From: Macrostomum lignano
Lineage: Eukaryota
Length of the DNA: 64,000 nt
Assembly: GCA_002269645.1 (NCBI GenBank)
Contig: NIVC01001172.1
Span: 66,507-130,506 of the forward strand
Reading direction: 5' to 3'
Shown: positions 49,308 to 60,928 of the stretch, in pieces
Layout: every line of letters begins with the position of its first letter
How positions within the stretch are numbered: position 1 is the first letter of the stretch
The notes under the pieces: generated by a model
What the model was told of the DNA's origin: nothing
What the model saw: the letters and a program-made list of their open reading frames with translations, nothing else
The model's database searches: none
Made by a program: the position numbers and the translations under genes

Positions 49308-52271
49308 CTGAAAATATGTTTTATATGCATGCGTGAGCTGAAAATATTATAATAATAATAATTATTATTATTATTATATTATTTTCTGACAGTGAAGGAA
49401 TTAGTAGCTTAAAACCTGTATCAGAAATAATTGAATAATTGAATAATTATAAGTATAATAATTATAACAAAGTAATAACTATTATTACTTTACTTTATTG
49501 TAATTATAATAAATATTTAACAATATTATTTACACTAATGAAATATTGAAATATTGTAATAATGTGCATTCTTTTACTTTAAATGAAATAAACCACATCA
49601 TTTCAAGAGAGACTGATTAAATTACCAATTTTGACACAATTTTGTTAAATTATGCGTTTAAAATATATATCAGCAGACTCTACATGTATTTTTATAAGGT
49701 TAAAAATGGGATTAATAAAGTTATGCTTTAGTCTATTATTATTTATTTGTAAAAATATAAATATAAAACATAGGCATTCAATCTAAAGGTTACTTTTTAC
49801 ATCTGGTCAGCAATAGAAAAGTGTAAAGTGGAAATGCAAAATTTGCCTGTTTCTATCAAGTAAATAATATATTTACATGTATAACAAACAATCCAAACAT
49901 GAAGCAGTTGTTTGAAGCCATTATTTGACAAAAAACCATTTCAATCAAATACTAGTTAATTAGCAAAATAATTGAGTTACAAAACTTAGGATGCTAGTTA
50001 TTAAAGTACTATTGAAATAGAATATATTTGGAAAGGAGCTGTTTGTACTCATGAAAAGTTTTTAATATCACTAATTCTCACGGTGGGCTAGGAGAGTTTT
50101 TTTTAGAAACATTGCACGTGTGATTTTGAAAATGTTCGAATTTATTTTCGTAATATTTTATAGCCGACATTTCATAAACTATAACAAAGCGGTATAAATT
50201 TGAGTATCTGTACGAGATAAGCATCTTATGACAAGATTTATAATGAGTTTAAGTATACATATAAAATAGATACATGAAATCACATCAGCAAATAAAAACC
50301 TGAACATTCATTCGCACTTCAAGCACGAATTCTCAAACAACGTATAAAATTACATGCATTAAAACTTGTGTTCATTATCTAAGCCAGTTTATTTTGCGAA
50401 TGAATTTTTAACATCAGGAACATATGAGAATTTATAAGTTAAGAGTTCGATGTGTTTCACCCCTCATGTTGATGTAGATGTAGATGTTGATTAGAGAGTG
50501 CAGACTTAACCTGACGAGAAAATTCGTTTTTAGAAATGTTTTGGAGACTTGGTTAACGCAAAAAGTACACTATAGAGATAAGAACTTCTCATTTTTGGAA
50601 CGGAAATAGCGATAGTTTTCTTTTGGATGCAGATCTAAAGCTCATATTTTAGTACACTCGTAGAAATATACCCTGCTTTATTGATTTTTAAAGCTTTTTC
50701 TGCAAAAGTTAAACTCACGACGCCACTCCTCCGTTGGAGGAGAAATGCCATTCCCAAAACTCTACCCGGATTTCCCCGGGAACTGCATCTCAGGAACTCC
50801 GGAAGCTATTAAAATCGCAAAATATTATCAAACCACAGCCCAGTAATCCTAGTCATAACCTTAAAGCCAACCCTTCCATTAATTATAGTTATCCAACGCA
50901 GAGAGTTATCAAAAAAATCTCGACAACTATACACGATTTAGTTAATTCCAGCCGACCAATAGCTTCAAACGCCACCCTAACTTTCTCTGTCAATGCGAAC
51001 AATATTTTACATGTACAGTACAGTCGAAACATTTTGCGATAAGAAGATTACTGGATTTCAAGCGTTGAAAAAATGCTTTTAACGAATTTTTCATCTGAAT
51101 CTGTGTGACAAGTACTAGCGCTTTTCAGCGCCGCAAAAAGCCGCAGGTACTGCATGCCAATTATTGACAGTACATGTAAATTTAAAGAATACGATAAAGA
51201 TTATGAATCAAGAAGCACATTCGCGCGTTAGCTACTGTCAGTTTATTAGGCTAAATATACATGTGAAGCATTTTAATGCCATGTATGTATTTTAGATACC
51301 CCCCCCCAGCTGAACCCCTCCGAGCGCGTTTTTTCACACCAAAACCACCAACCAACCAATTTTTATTGCCTTCCTAGCCCGGTGTTCCAGCCTAAAGCTG
51401 CCTGCTATGTACACTTGCAGTAGCGCTGGCCTAATGTACATATCATTATTACGGCTGCACCAATAGCAGTAGGCTGTTTACGTCTGCAAGTCACCTTAAA
51501 TGCCTTCATTTTTATAAAATAGCTTACGCATTCTTTCTTACTACTACTTAACTAAAAGTAGGAAAACAGTTTTACCAAGCAAATATAGCTAAAGGGCCCT
51601 AGTGTTTATGTGTGATCAAGACCAAGATAAAAATTCAACTTTTCAGCCACTAAGGTGGATTCACAGACTTCATCAAGATTAACCAATGTCTGCAATATGG
51701 ATCAGCTCAAACTTTAAGAAAATCTTCAAGGAAATTTACCGGTATTGACTGGAATTTGGAAGGCCAATAAAATGAAGCAAAAACAAAAGCAAATTGCTAT
51801 TCAAATTATTTTAAAGGTTAAATGGCACAAGCAGAAATTCATTAATGCTTTTACTGTATATTTGACAGCAATAAAGAGAATCGCGTTGCTACCACGACAC
51901 AGAGAAACAGCCAGAGTTAATTTTCGACCGCTTACAAAAATGCATGCGTGCGCCAATCAGAATCACACACATTTATATATTTGAGCTACTAATAGTAGGG
52001 GGCAAAGAAAACTAATAAGAAAAATCACCGTTAAAAGATTTGGTGAAAATCAAAACCAGAGTACATCTGACTCTTTGTGCGAATCTGCGAACTGGGAATT
52101 CAATCAGACTATGGGATTATAATGAAATTGGTTTATTTGCTAAAAACGCAACTGTTGAAAAATATGATAATCTAATCAAAAACACAATTACCATAATTAT
52201 ACGCATACAAAATGGAGAGTCTGACAAGTGCACTATGTATTAATATAGTCTGCATTAGAAACAGTTCGTAT

Positions 52272-54474
52272 TCAAAGCGGCTTCCTAGCCTTGAACAGGC
52301 CCCAACGCTGGCAGCCCCGGTCCACTCGTCCGATTTTGGCGCCCCAACCGTCCAGGATGTACTGGTACATCTGTTCGCCAACATCCTGGTGAAATTCGGT
52401 TTCGGGGAATGCTTTCATTAAAACAGGCAGCAGCATTTAACAGTTGAATGGAGTGACCTTGAATCACGCGAGTTTGAATGACGTGACCTTGAATCAAGTG
52501 AGTTAGAATCGTGTGACCTTGAATCACGTGACCTCGAATCACGTGACCTTGAATCAAGCAAGTTTGAATGACGTGACTTTGAATCACGTGACTTTGAATC
52601 ACGTGACCTTGAATCACACAAGTTTGAATCACGTGACCTTGGATCAAGTGAGTTAGAATCGTGTGACCTTGAATCACGCGACTTTGAACCACGTGACCTA
52701 GAATCACGCAAGTTTGAATGACATTACCTTGAATCAAGTGAGTTAGAATCGTGTGACCTTGAATCACGTGACTTTGAATCACGTGATCTTGAATCACGCA
52801 AGTTTGAATGGCGTGACCTTAAGTCACGTAACTTAATCACTTTAACCTTTGTACTTTAAGAGCCTCTTACATGCAGCTAGGATTGGGAGGGACTATTTGC
52901 AACGAGGATGGGGTTGATTGCTAGAATCATGACGCACCAACGTGCATTGGCCTCTCACCTTAAGAAACTGCTCGCGCAGTCCCACCACCCGGGACTGCTC
53001 GTCGACCAGGGCTCGGCGAAACCGGTCGGTGAAGTCGATAGCTTCGACATCAGTGAAACCGACGCTTGACAGGACGGCGCCGTACTCCGGCACGGTCAGC
53101 AGGTGGTAGCCTCGCTGCTTCACGTAGGCCGCGTAATCGTCTGGCCAGGGCTTCTCACCGCAGCAGTAGTCCGTGACCAGCAGCTGGCCGCCCGGCTTCA
53201 GCCAGCGCAGGCAGCGCTGATACAGAGTGGCCTTGTCGGCGATGTGCAGGATGGTGTCCCGGCTGTACACCAGGTCGAATGAGGCCTCTGGATAGTCCAC
53301 GGTGGTGCAGTCGGCCAGGACGAGGCGGACTTGATCTTCGCGCAGGCCTTCTGGAAAGTAGATTAGCAATCCATTCCATTCCTTAATGAACCATGTTGGC
53401 TAGATTAGCAATCCATTCCATTCCTTAATGAACCATGTTGGCTAGATTAGCAATCCATTCTATTCCTTAATGAATGATGTTGGCTAGATTAGCAATCCAT
53501 TCTATTCCTTAATGAATAATGTTGGGTAGATTAGCAATCCATTCTATTCCTTAATGAATAATGTTGGGTAGATTAGCAATCCATTCTATTCCTTAATGAA
53601 TAATGTTGGCTAGATTAGCAATCCATTCTATTCCTTAATGAATAATGCTGGGTAGATTAGCAATCCATTCTATTCCTTAATGAATGATGTTGGCTAGATT
53701 AGCAATCCATTCTATTCCTTAATGAATAATGTTGGCTAGATTAGCAATCCATTTTATTCCTTAACGAATAATATTGGCTAGATTAGCAATCCATTTTATT
53801 CCTTAATGAATAATGTTGACTAGATTAGCAATCCATTTTATTCCTTAATGAATAATGTTGGCTAGATTAGCAATCCATTCTATTCCTTAATGAATAATGT
53901 TGGGTAGATTAGCAATCCATTCTATTCCTTAATGAATAATGTTGGCTAGATTAGCAATCCATTCTATTCCTTAATGAACCATGTTGGCTAGATTAGCAAT
54001 CCATTCTATTCCTTAATGAACCATGTTGGCTAGATTAGCAATCCATTCTATTCCTTAATGAATAATGTTGGCTAGATTAGCAATCCACTTACGCATCTTT
54101 AGTTCCTCAGAAAGGCACTAGACTAGCAATCCACTCTAATCCCTCCACAATCGAGGCTCACCCTTCTCAACCTGCTCCTTGAGCCGCTCCATGCCGATGT
54201 CCAGCATATTCTTGGACAAGTCGATGGCCTCGACTCGGCAGCCGTACTTTCTTGCCAGATAGAAGGCGCTACCGCCGATGCCGCAGCCGATGTCCAGCAC
54301 GGAGCTGTCGGGCCTCAGACTCAGCGCCGAGCACAGATCATTAGTGGTGTCCTCTCCGCCAGTGCTAACGTAGGTGTGACCGAAGATCTTCTCGTAGCTC
54401 AGAATGCCGATTCGAGAATATTGGACATTGTCCAGGAACTCTTGAAATGTAGCGTAGCCGTGATAGTCTGTCAT
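52272..54474 (-). CDS. PMT: Phosphoethanolamine N-methyltransferase, single SAM-dependent domain, 272 aa
   Basis: Exons 54474-54162, 53350-52959, 52385-52272 (TGA), joined in phases 1 and 0. Motifs: FQEFLDNVQY, YEKIFGHTYVSTGG, VLDIGCGIGG, IDLSKNM, YSRDTILH, LKPGGQLLVTDY, KQRGY, GWGAK and QRWGLFKARK all match the C-terminal domain of plant PEAMT, nematode PMT-2 and Plasmodium PfPMT. Confidence 0.93.
52445..52832. repeat. 15-bp minisatellite (TTGAATCACGTGACC) in PMT intron 2
   Basis: Seen directly; many copies carry CACGTG. Confidence 0.94.
53359..54090. repeat. 42-bp tandem array filling PMT intron 1, about 17 copies
   Basis: Period-42 unit GATTAGCAATCCATTCTATTCCTTAATGAATAATGTTGGCTA. Confidence 0.98.
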
Positions 54475-55711
54475 AGCGATCCCGGTGGCTAATTAATTAT
54501 CTGTGCTGTTGTTGCCTGTTCTGTAAATCGTGCGCCAATGAAACTTCTCTTCACTCCAAATGCTTTTATTACGCGGTTTAAAAGCCCGAGTGGCGTGGAG
54601 GGAGGGGTACAGAGATTATAGCTACGAATGGAAATGAGTAATTTTCCATTGCATTCAGAATTACACAGGCTGCATTTGCACTGGCATTGGCTGGCGTGGC
54701 GTGTGTTGGGTGGCGGCCGAGGACCACTAGAGACCCAAAGCTATCTGGAGTGGAAACTACCAATAAAGAGTTAGTCAATTGGAAAATATGAAAAGCACTC
54801 TGAACCTCTGACAAGTTAGCATGATTTCCAATCCAAATACTTGGTTTTTTTTTCAGAACTCCTTGAACTGTAGGTATTTCTATACATAGCATATAAGCTA
54901 TAGATTAATTCAAAATCAAAAAACAAATTGAAGCTTCCAATCCAGATGTTTGCTCTGTAGTAGTTCTTGAATTTTATTGTACTTTATTACGTCTTGCCCT
55001 ACACCTGACAGCTTATTAATTTAAGTAGAGTCAGCTATGCGCTTCGGACAATTCGGTCAAAGATTTCCACTCCAGAATAACAATTTGTACTCCTTGAACG
55101 TAGGCGCTCTTTTCCTTGGACTGACTGCTTAGTTTGTGCTTAAAACCCGGTTAAAACCCACACTAGGGGGGATTTTCTCGTAGCAAAATTAAACTTCTCT
55201 CTCTACCCCCTCCATGATATTCCATAGTCCGGAAATCTTCCTGCACACTGATTAACACTAACAGCATGCGGTGCCTATTGAAGACTTGAGTGGCAATGTT
55301 CAGTCAGTGCCGCAGTCATATATTATCTTACACGTGTAAGCTAGACTAGTGTCAGAAAACCGGTTTGAACCGGCGCATGCCAAATCTATAACTGGAATTG
55401 TAAACGCTACCAAATAGCTTTGAGATAACAATAGATTTATAGCAGCATGTAAAGCTTACCAGAACCCGTGTAATAAAGCATGACTCAGCAATTTTATTTT
55501 ATCTTATTTACGCAAAATTTACATGCAAATCATTCTCAATAAGGAGAGTTCAACTCAATAGAAACACTAAAAGGAACACAGTTGATGCAATTTCAGATTG
55601 CATTGTACCACAAAATTAAGAATTAACAAGCTATAAGCATACAAAGTACCTACTTACTACTTACTATAAGTATTCAACACAATTTTAGATTTTACAGCGT
55701 GAAAATTCGAA

Positions 55712-55899
55712 TCAAACGATATGTATCGATATTCGAATTAAACTTTATGTATCAATATTTGAATTAACCGATACGTATCGATATTCGAATTAAACGATAT
55801 GTATCGATATTTAAATTAACCAATATATATCGATATTTGAATTAACCAATATGTATCGATATTAAAATTAAACGAGTATTAGAATTAAACGATCTATTA
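55712..55899. repeat. AT-rich minisatellite of about 26 bp (TATCGATATTCGAATTAAACGATATG)
   Basis: Tandem copies; a further copy resumes at about 56177-56220, after the SINE. Confidence 0.85.
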
Positions 55900-56185
55900 G
55901 GGGCTGTAGCCTAGTGGTTAGAGCGTCGGACTCACAACTTGAAGGTCGGGGGTTCGATTCCCGATTCCACCGGAACAATTTGTGTTATTGAGCAAGACAC
56001 TTAACTCTGCATTGCTTCAGTTCACCCAGCTGTAAAATGGGTGCCAGCATCAGCTGTACTAATTGAGGATGTGTGTGGCGACCCCCCCTCCCCAGCCCTT
56101 GGACTGAACAGCCGTACGCAGCCTTGAGATGCGCCGTGCAATAGCTGCGGCTGAGCTGTCGGTTGCACAACCTGGCCAAAACGAT
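55900..56185 (+). mobile_element. tRNA-derived SINE with a CORE central domain
   Basis: A box TAGCCTAGTGG (55907) and B box GGTTCGATTCC (55951). Then TGTGTTATTGAGCAAGACACTTAACTCTGCATTGCTTCAGTTCACCCAGCTGTAAAATGGG (55981-56041) aligns by eye with the MIR/CORE consensus (TTGGGCAAGTCACTTAACCTCTCTGAGCCTCAGTTTCCTCATCTGTAAAATGGG). The acceptor stem is not intact, so this is not a tRNA gene. Confidence 0.85.
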
Positions 56186-56286
56186 ATAATCATCGATATT
56201 CAAATTAAACAAAATATGCAACTATCTAGAAATCTAAATTGCGTAAATACGCGCAGCAAAATTTCGAATGAGCAGTGGAGCACTTT

Positions 56287-56628
56287 CTAAAAGTCAATGC
56301 AGCGCCCTTTCCGCTCCCAGTCGCCGAATCTCGTCGGCTCCGGCCCTCGAGGCCCTTCAATCTCTCCAGTCAGCGGGTTGACATTGTTCGGAAATGCTTC
56401 CAGCGGCTCTTTCGGCGCGTCCGGATGCGGCGGCTTCGTCTTTGCTGGCTTCTCCTGGTCGTGAGAATCAGTGGCGGCGCCCGACAGTGGCTGCTGCTTG
56501 CCCGATGAAGCCGAGTTGGATGAGGAAGCCAGCATCCGCGACTGCATCGGAGCGGCGACAGGTTTGATTGACAGGCCAAGTTGTACCGCCTTTCCTAGAA
56601 CAGCTCTGCTCAGTGCGACAGGCCACAT
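56287..56628 (-). CDS. SDHAF4: Succinate dehydrogenase assembly factor 4 (DUF1674/Sdh8), 113 aa, with a putative mitochondrial presequence
   Basis: C-terminal signature NPLTGEIEGPRGPEPTRFGDWERKGRCIDF; basic/hydroxylated N-terminus MWPVALSRAVLGKAVQLGLSIK; acceptor TTTGCAG 12 nt upstream of the ATG. Confidence 0.93.
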   Translation of the reverse strand: MWPVALSRAVLGKAVQLGLSIKPVAAPMQSRMLASSSNSASSGKQQPLSGAATDSHDQEKPAKTKPPHPDAPKEPLEAFPNNVNPLTGEIEGPRGPEPTRFGDWERKGRCIDF

Positions 56629-56689
56629 GTTCGTCTGGGACTGCAAATTTCGAAGGCTCTTATTGATTTGAAAAAATAGCTGTGAGAGT

Positions 56690-57480
56690 AGATAAAGTGA
56701 GGGAGAGGGCAGATGGACTGAGGGTAGATAGAGCGAGGGAGATAAGGGGTAGATAGAGTGAGGGAGAGGGCAGATGGAGTGAGGGTAGATGGAGTGAGGG
56801 CAGATGGACTGAGGGCAGATGGACTGAGGGCAGATGGAGTGAGGGCAGATGGACTGAGGGCAGATGGAGTGAGGGCAGATGGAGTGAGGGCAGATGGAGT
56901 GAGGGCAGATGGAGTGAGGGCAGATGGAGTGAGGGCAGATGGAGTGAGGGCAGATGGAGTGAGGGCAGATGGAGTGAGGGCAGATGGAGTGAGGGCAGAT
57001 GGACTGAGGGCAGATGGACTGAGGGCAGATGGACTGAGGGCAGATGGACTGAGGGCAGATGGAGTGAGGGAGAGGGAGGTAGATAGACTGAGGGAGAGGG
57101 AGGTAGATAGATTGAGGGAGAGAAAGTAGATAGAGTGAGGGACAGGGGGTAGATAGACTGAGGGAGAGGGGGTAGATAGAGCGAGGGACAGGGGGTAGAT
57201 AGAGTGACCAAGAGAGTAGATAGATCGGGAGGAAGAGAGGGTAGATAGAGCGAAGGAAATGGGGTAGATAGAGTGACCAAGAGAGTAGATAGATCGGGAT
57301 GAAGAGAGGGTAGATAGAGCGAGGGAAATGGGGTAGATAGAGTGACCAAGAGAGTAGATAGATCGGGAGGAAGAGAGGGTAGATAGAGCGAGGGAGACGG
57401 CAGATACGGGAGACGATAGCTAAGGGAGAGGTTAGATAAGGGAGGGCAGATAAGGGAGGGCAAGAGTGGATGCAGATGGA
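56690..57480. repeat. Purine minisatellites (GAGGGCAGATGGAGT, 15 bp, and longer variants)
   Basis: Seen directly. Confidence 0.95.
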
Positions 57481-58077
57481 AGATGAGAAGTGAAATCCTG
57501 ACAAACAAATAATTAAATTCAAACTGGAAAATTGAATAAAAACCAGTTCAGAGAAGCCAGTTAGGCAGTTGTATTGGCCAGCTAAAACACACAACAAGTC
57601 TGCAAGTCGGTCAATATTGTTTTGTAGAGGGTAGGTGGATGTCAGACAGACGGTTCGTATTTATTTTATTTGCGTCTTTCGTCTACTTATACTCAGTTGG
57701 AGCACAACTCGTTATTAAATTTTACGAGAGAATTCATCCATACTACTTATACAGGAAAAAATAAGTAGGTAGCTATTAGAAAGGACAATAATAACAAATA
57801 TACAGATTTTCAACTTTTTGAATTCCGATAAAACAATTTGCGTTCAAACGAAAGAGAAAATAAGAGGCATATTGTGCTACTGAGCTAAGTAGCAGTAGTA
57901 GCATATATATTACAGACACAACGGTGCTACGCTATGAAAAAGTAAGGTTATATTTTAAGTTCTTAAATTTCCATTTTTTGGTAACCAACAGATACCTGAG
58001 TCTTAGAAATAGAAATCAATATTCGCAGAAGGTCTGTGGGGACCTTTAGACCCCCATTCCGCTGACTCCTGACCCTA

Positions 58078-58150
58078 CACGCGCTCACACAGAGTGTACA
58101 GCGCCCCTGGACATTCTAATCGTCTTGGGGGCTGGCCTCATGGGTGTTAA
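58078..58150 (-). mobile_element. Fragment of the same dispersed repeat family as 41320-41625
   Basis: Shared blocks CTCACACAG(G)AGTGTACAGCG(G)CCC, GGACAT, and CTTGGGGGxTGxCCTCAxGxGxGTTA. Confidence 0.55.
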
Positions 58151-58391
58151 TTTAGATTTGAATCTAAATTTAGTTTAAACTTTCTTTAAATGTTAATTCT
58201 ATGAGTGAAATCATGATAACAAAGTTCAAAGGGTCGCACAAAACGGCCTCCATTGTTATGCTGATGTTAAACCATTACAGACAGCTGAACCCCCGCTGGA
58301 TAGACAAAGAAGAATAAATACAAATATAAAATTCTAAAGAAGCGGAGTTCTCAAACGAATAGCAGTCCCGATGGTGAAGTTCTCCTTACTC

Positions 58392-58778
<387 letters not shown>

Positions 58779-58782
58779 TTAT

Positions 58783-59565
58783 TGGAACTTTCCATTCGAC
58801 CTTGATGCTTAACGAAAGATATTCTAATCGATCTTGAGAGCTAAATAATCTTGGAATTTTCCATTCGACCTTGATGCTTAACGAAAGATATTCAAATCGA
58901 CCTTGAGAGTTAAATAATCTTGGAATTTTCCATTCGACCTTGATGCTTAACGAAAGATATTCCGATCGACCTTGAGAGTTAAATAATCTTGGAATTTTCC
59001 ATTTGGCCTTGATGCTTAACGAAAGATATTCCAATCGACCTTGAGAGTTAAATAATATTGGAATTTTCCATTCGACCTTGATGCTTAAAGAAAGATATTC
59101 CTATCGACCTTGAGAGCTAAATAATCTTGGAATTTTCCATTTGACCTTGATGCTTAACGAAAGATATTCTTATCGCCCTTGAGAGCTAAATAATCTTGGA
59201 ATTTTCCATTTGACCTTGATGCTTAACGAAAGATATTATTATCGACCTTGAGAGCTAAATAATCTTGGAATTTTCCATTTGACCTTGAGAGTTAGATAAT
59301 AATTAAGTTTTCCATTTGACCTTGATGCTCAACGAAGGATAATCTAATCGACTTTGATTTTAAATTATCTTGGAGTTCCCCACTCGACCTAAAGAGCTAA
59401 ATAATATTGGAATTTCCCATTCGACCTTGATGCTAATCAAAGGGTATTCCAGCTGACCTTGAGAGCTAAATAATATTGGAATTTCCTATTCGACCTTGAT
59501 GCTTATCAAGGGTATTTTAACTGACCTTAAGAGTTAAATATTATTTTAATTTTCCATTGGACCTT
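58783..59565. repeat. 69-bp tandem array upstream of ELOC, about 11 copies
   Basis: TCCATTCGACC recurs at 58791, 58860, 58929 and onward; the unit has an internal GACCTTGA duplication. Confidence 0.95.
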
Positions 59566-60928
59566 GCTTAGCAAATGTTAAGCAATGGGTACTAAAACTG
59601 ACATAGGAGCTCAATAAATCCAGAAATATATCAGCTATTATACCACATGACCGACTCCGACTAACCATCTACCCGCATAAAAGGAGGAAAATTTAACTAC
59701 TAATAGAATCGAGCAGTTCAATGAGCAATTTTATTAATTTATACAATACCTCTGTTGCAAAAAGAGCGCAAGGAAAAACACGAAACAATTTTTCAAAACG
59801 AAAAACACACGCGACTAATTAAAAGTGAAAGGAGTTTTGAACAATGTGCGCGCGCTTTGGAATGCGGTGTTAGATTAACAAATGGGATTAACAATTCACA
59901 GAGAGATCTCACAAGAGCGCTACTGGATACTGAAAAGATGGCAATTTGATTTAGAACATTAGCACAAAAATTTACAATTGAGTTTAGGCATGAAGGAACC
60001 AAATCACAGCTCTTGGTCGATTTTCGAAGCAGCAAACTCAAATTAAGGTAAAAAATTATGTTTTAGTAGAAAATGCTAACAACACTACTAGTAGATAGCT
60101 CTTGGACAGTAGCACAATAGGGAAAAATGTGACAATTAAAAAATCGCACAATGCTTAAACAAAGAAAGTATATTATTTGTTATTCTACTCTAATTAATCC
60201 ACTATTCAAACAATTTTAAAAAGCAGAAACCAACCAATTAGTGGAATAAATAATTATTAGGTAAAAATATTGATTACCAAACAAGTCTATTTGGACTGCC
60301 ACCATTCCTGAGTGTACAGCAGTATCCTTCTCTAGTCTGGAAGTCCTTGCGCATCGGGTATTGGAAGATTTAAGGAATAAAAGACGCGGCTTTGAGAATA
60401 AAATAGAATCTATAGAAATAAAAGTGCAAATGATGTACAAGCCAGCAATATGATAATTTGCAATGGTTTTAAAATGAAAATGAATGACAGAAGCACGGAA
60501 TATATTATTGAAATAGCCAGCTGTAAACTTAGGTAATGTAGTTGGAACATGGCCGCAGCAGATTGATTACAGTAACTACTCAAGTCCTGAGCTCGATTCT
60601 CTACCCACCAATGAGGCTAAAAAATCTTGATGGTAAATGATATGTAAAAATGATCAAATTTCTTATGCTGCTTCTGCAAAATAAGGTATCAATAATCGCT
60701 ACTTGCCTACTTAAAAAGATAAGTAGACAGTAGCGCACTTTTATTCTGCGACGTGAATCTGATTAGCCACATTTGATAGGCCCAAGGCACTGTTAAGAAC
60801 CGTGAAAATAAGATGCAGATTTTGGAGGCCGATTTTTATCATCCGTTAATACAAAACCGGCCTTCAAAACGTTGATTGTTTAAATTAAACAAAAGGCCAA
60901 CGGTGGACATATTCCAACTACAGTCCTA

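Noticed and set aside
55900-55975. tRNA gene
   Set aside because: The 3' acceptor strand does not pair with GGGGCTG, the anticodon stem is imperfect, and a CORE domain follows, so it is a SINE head.
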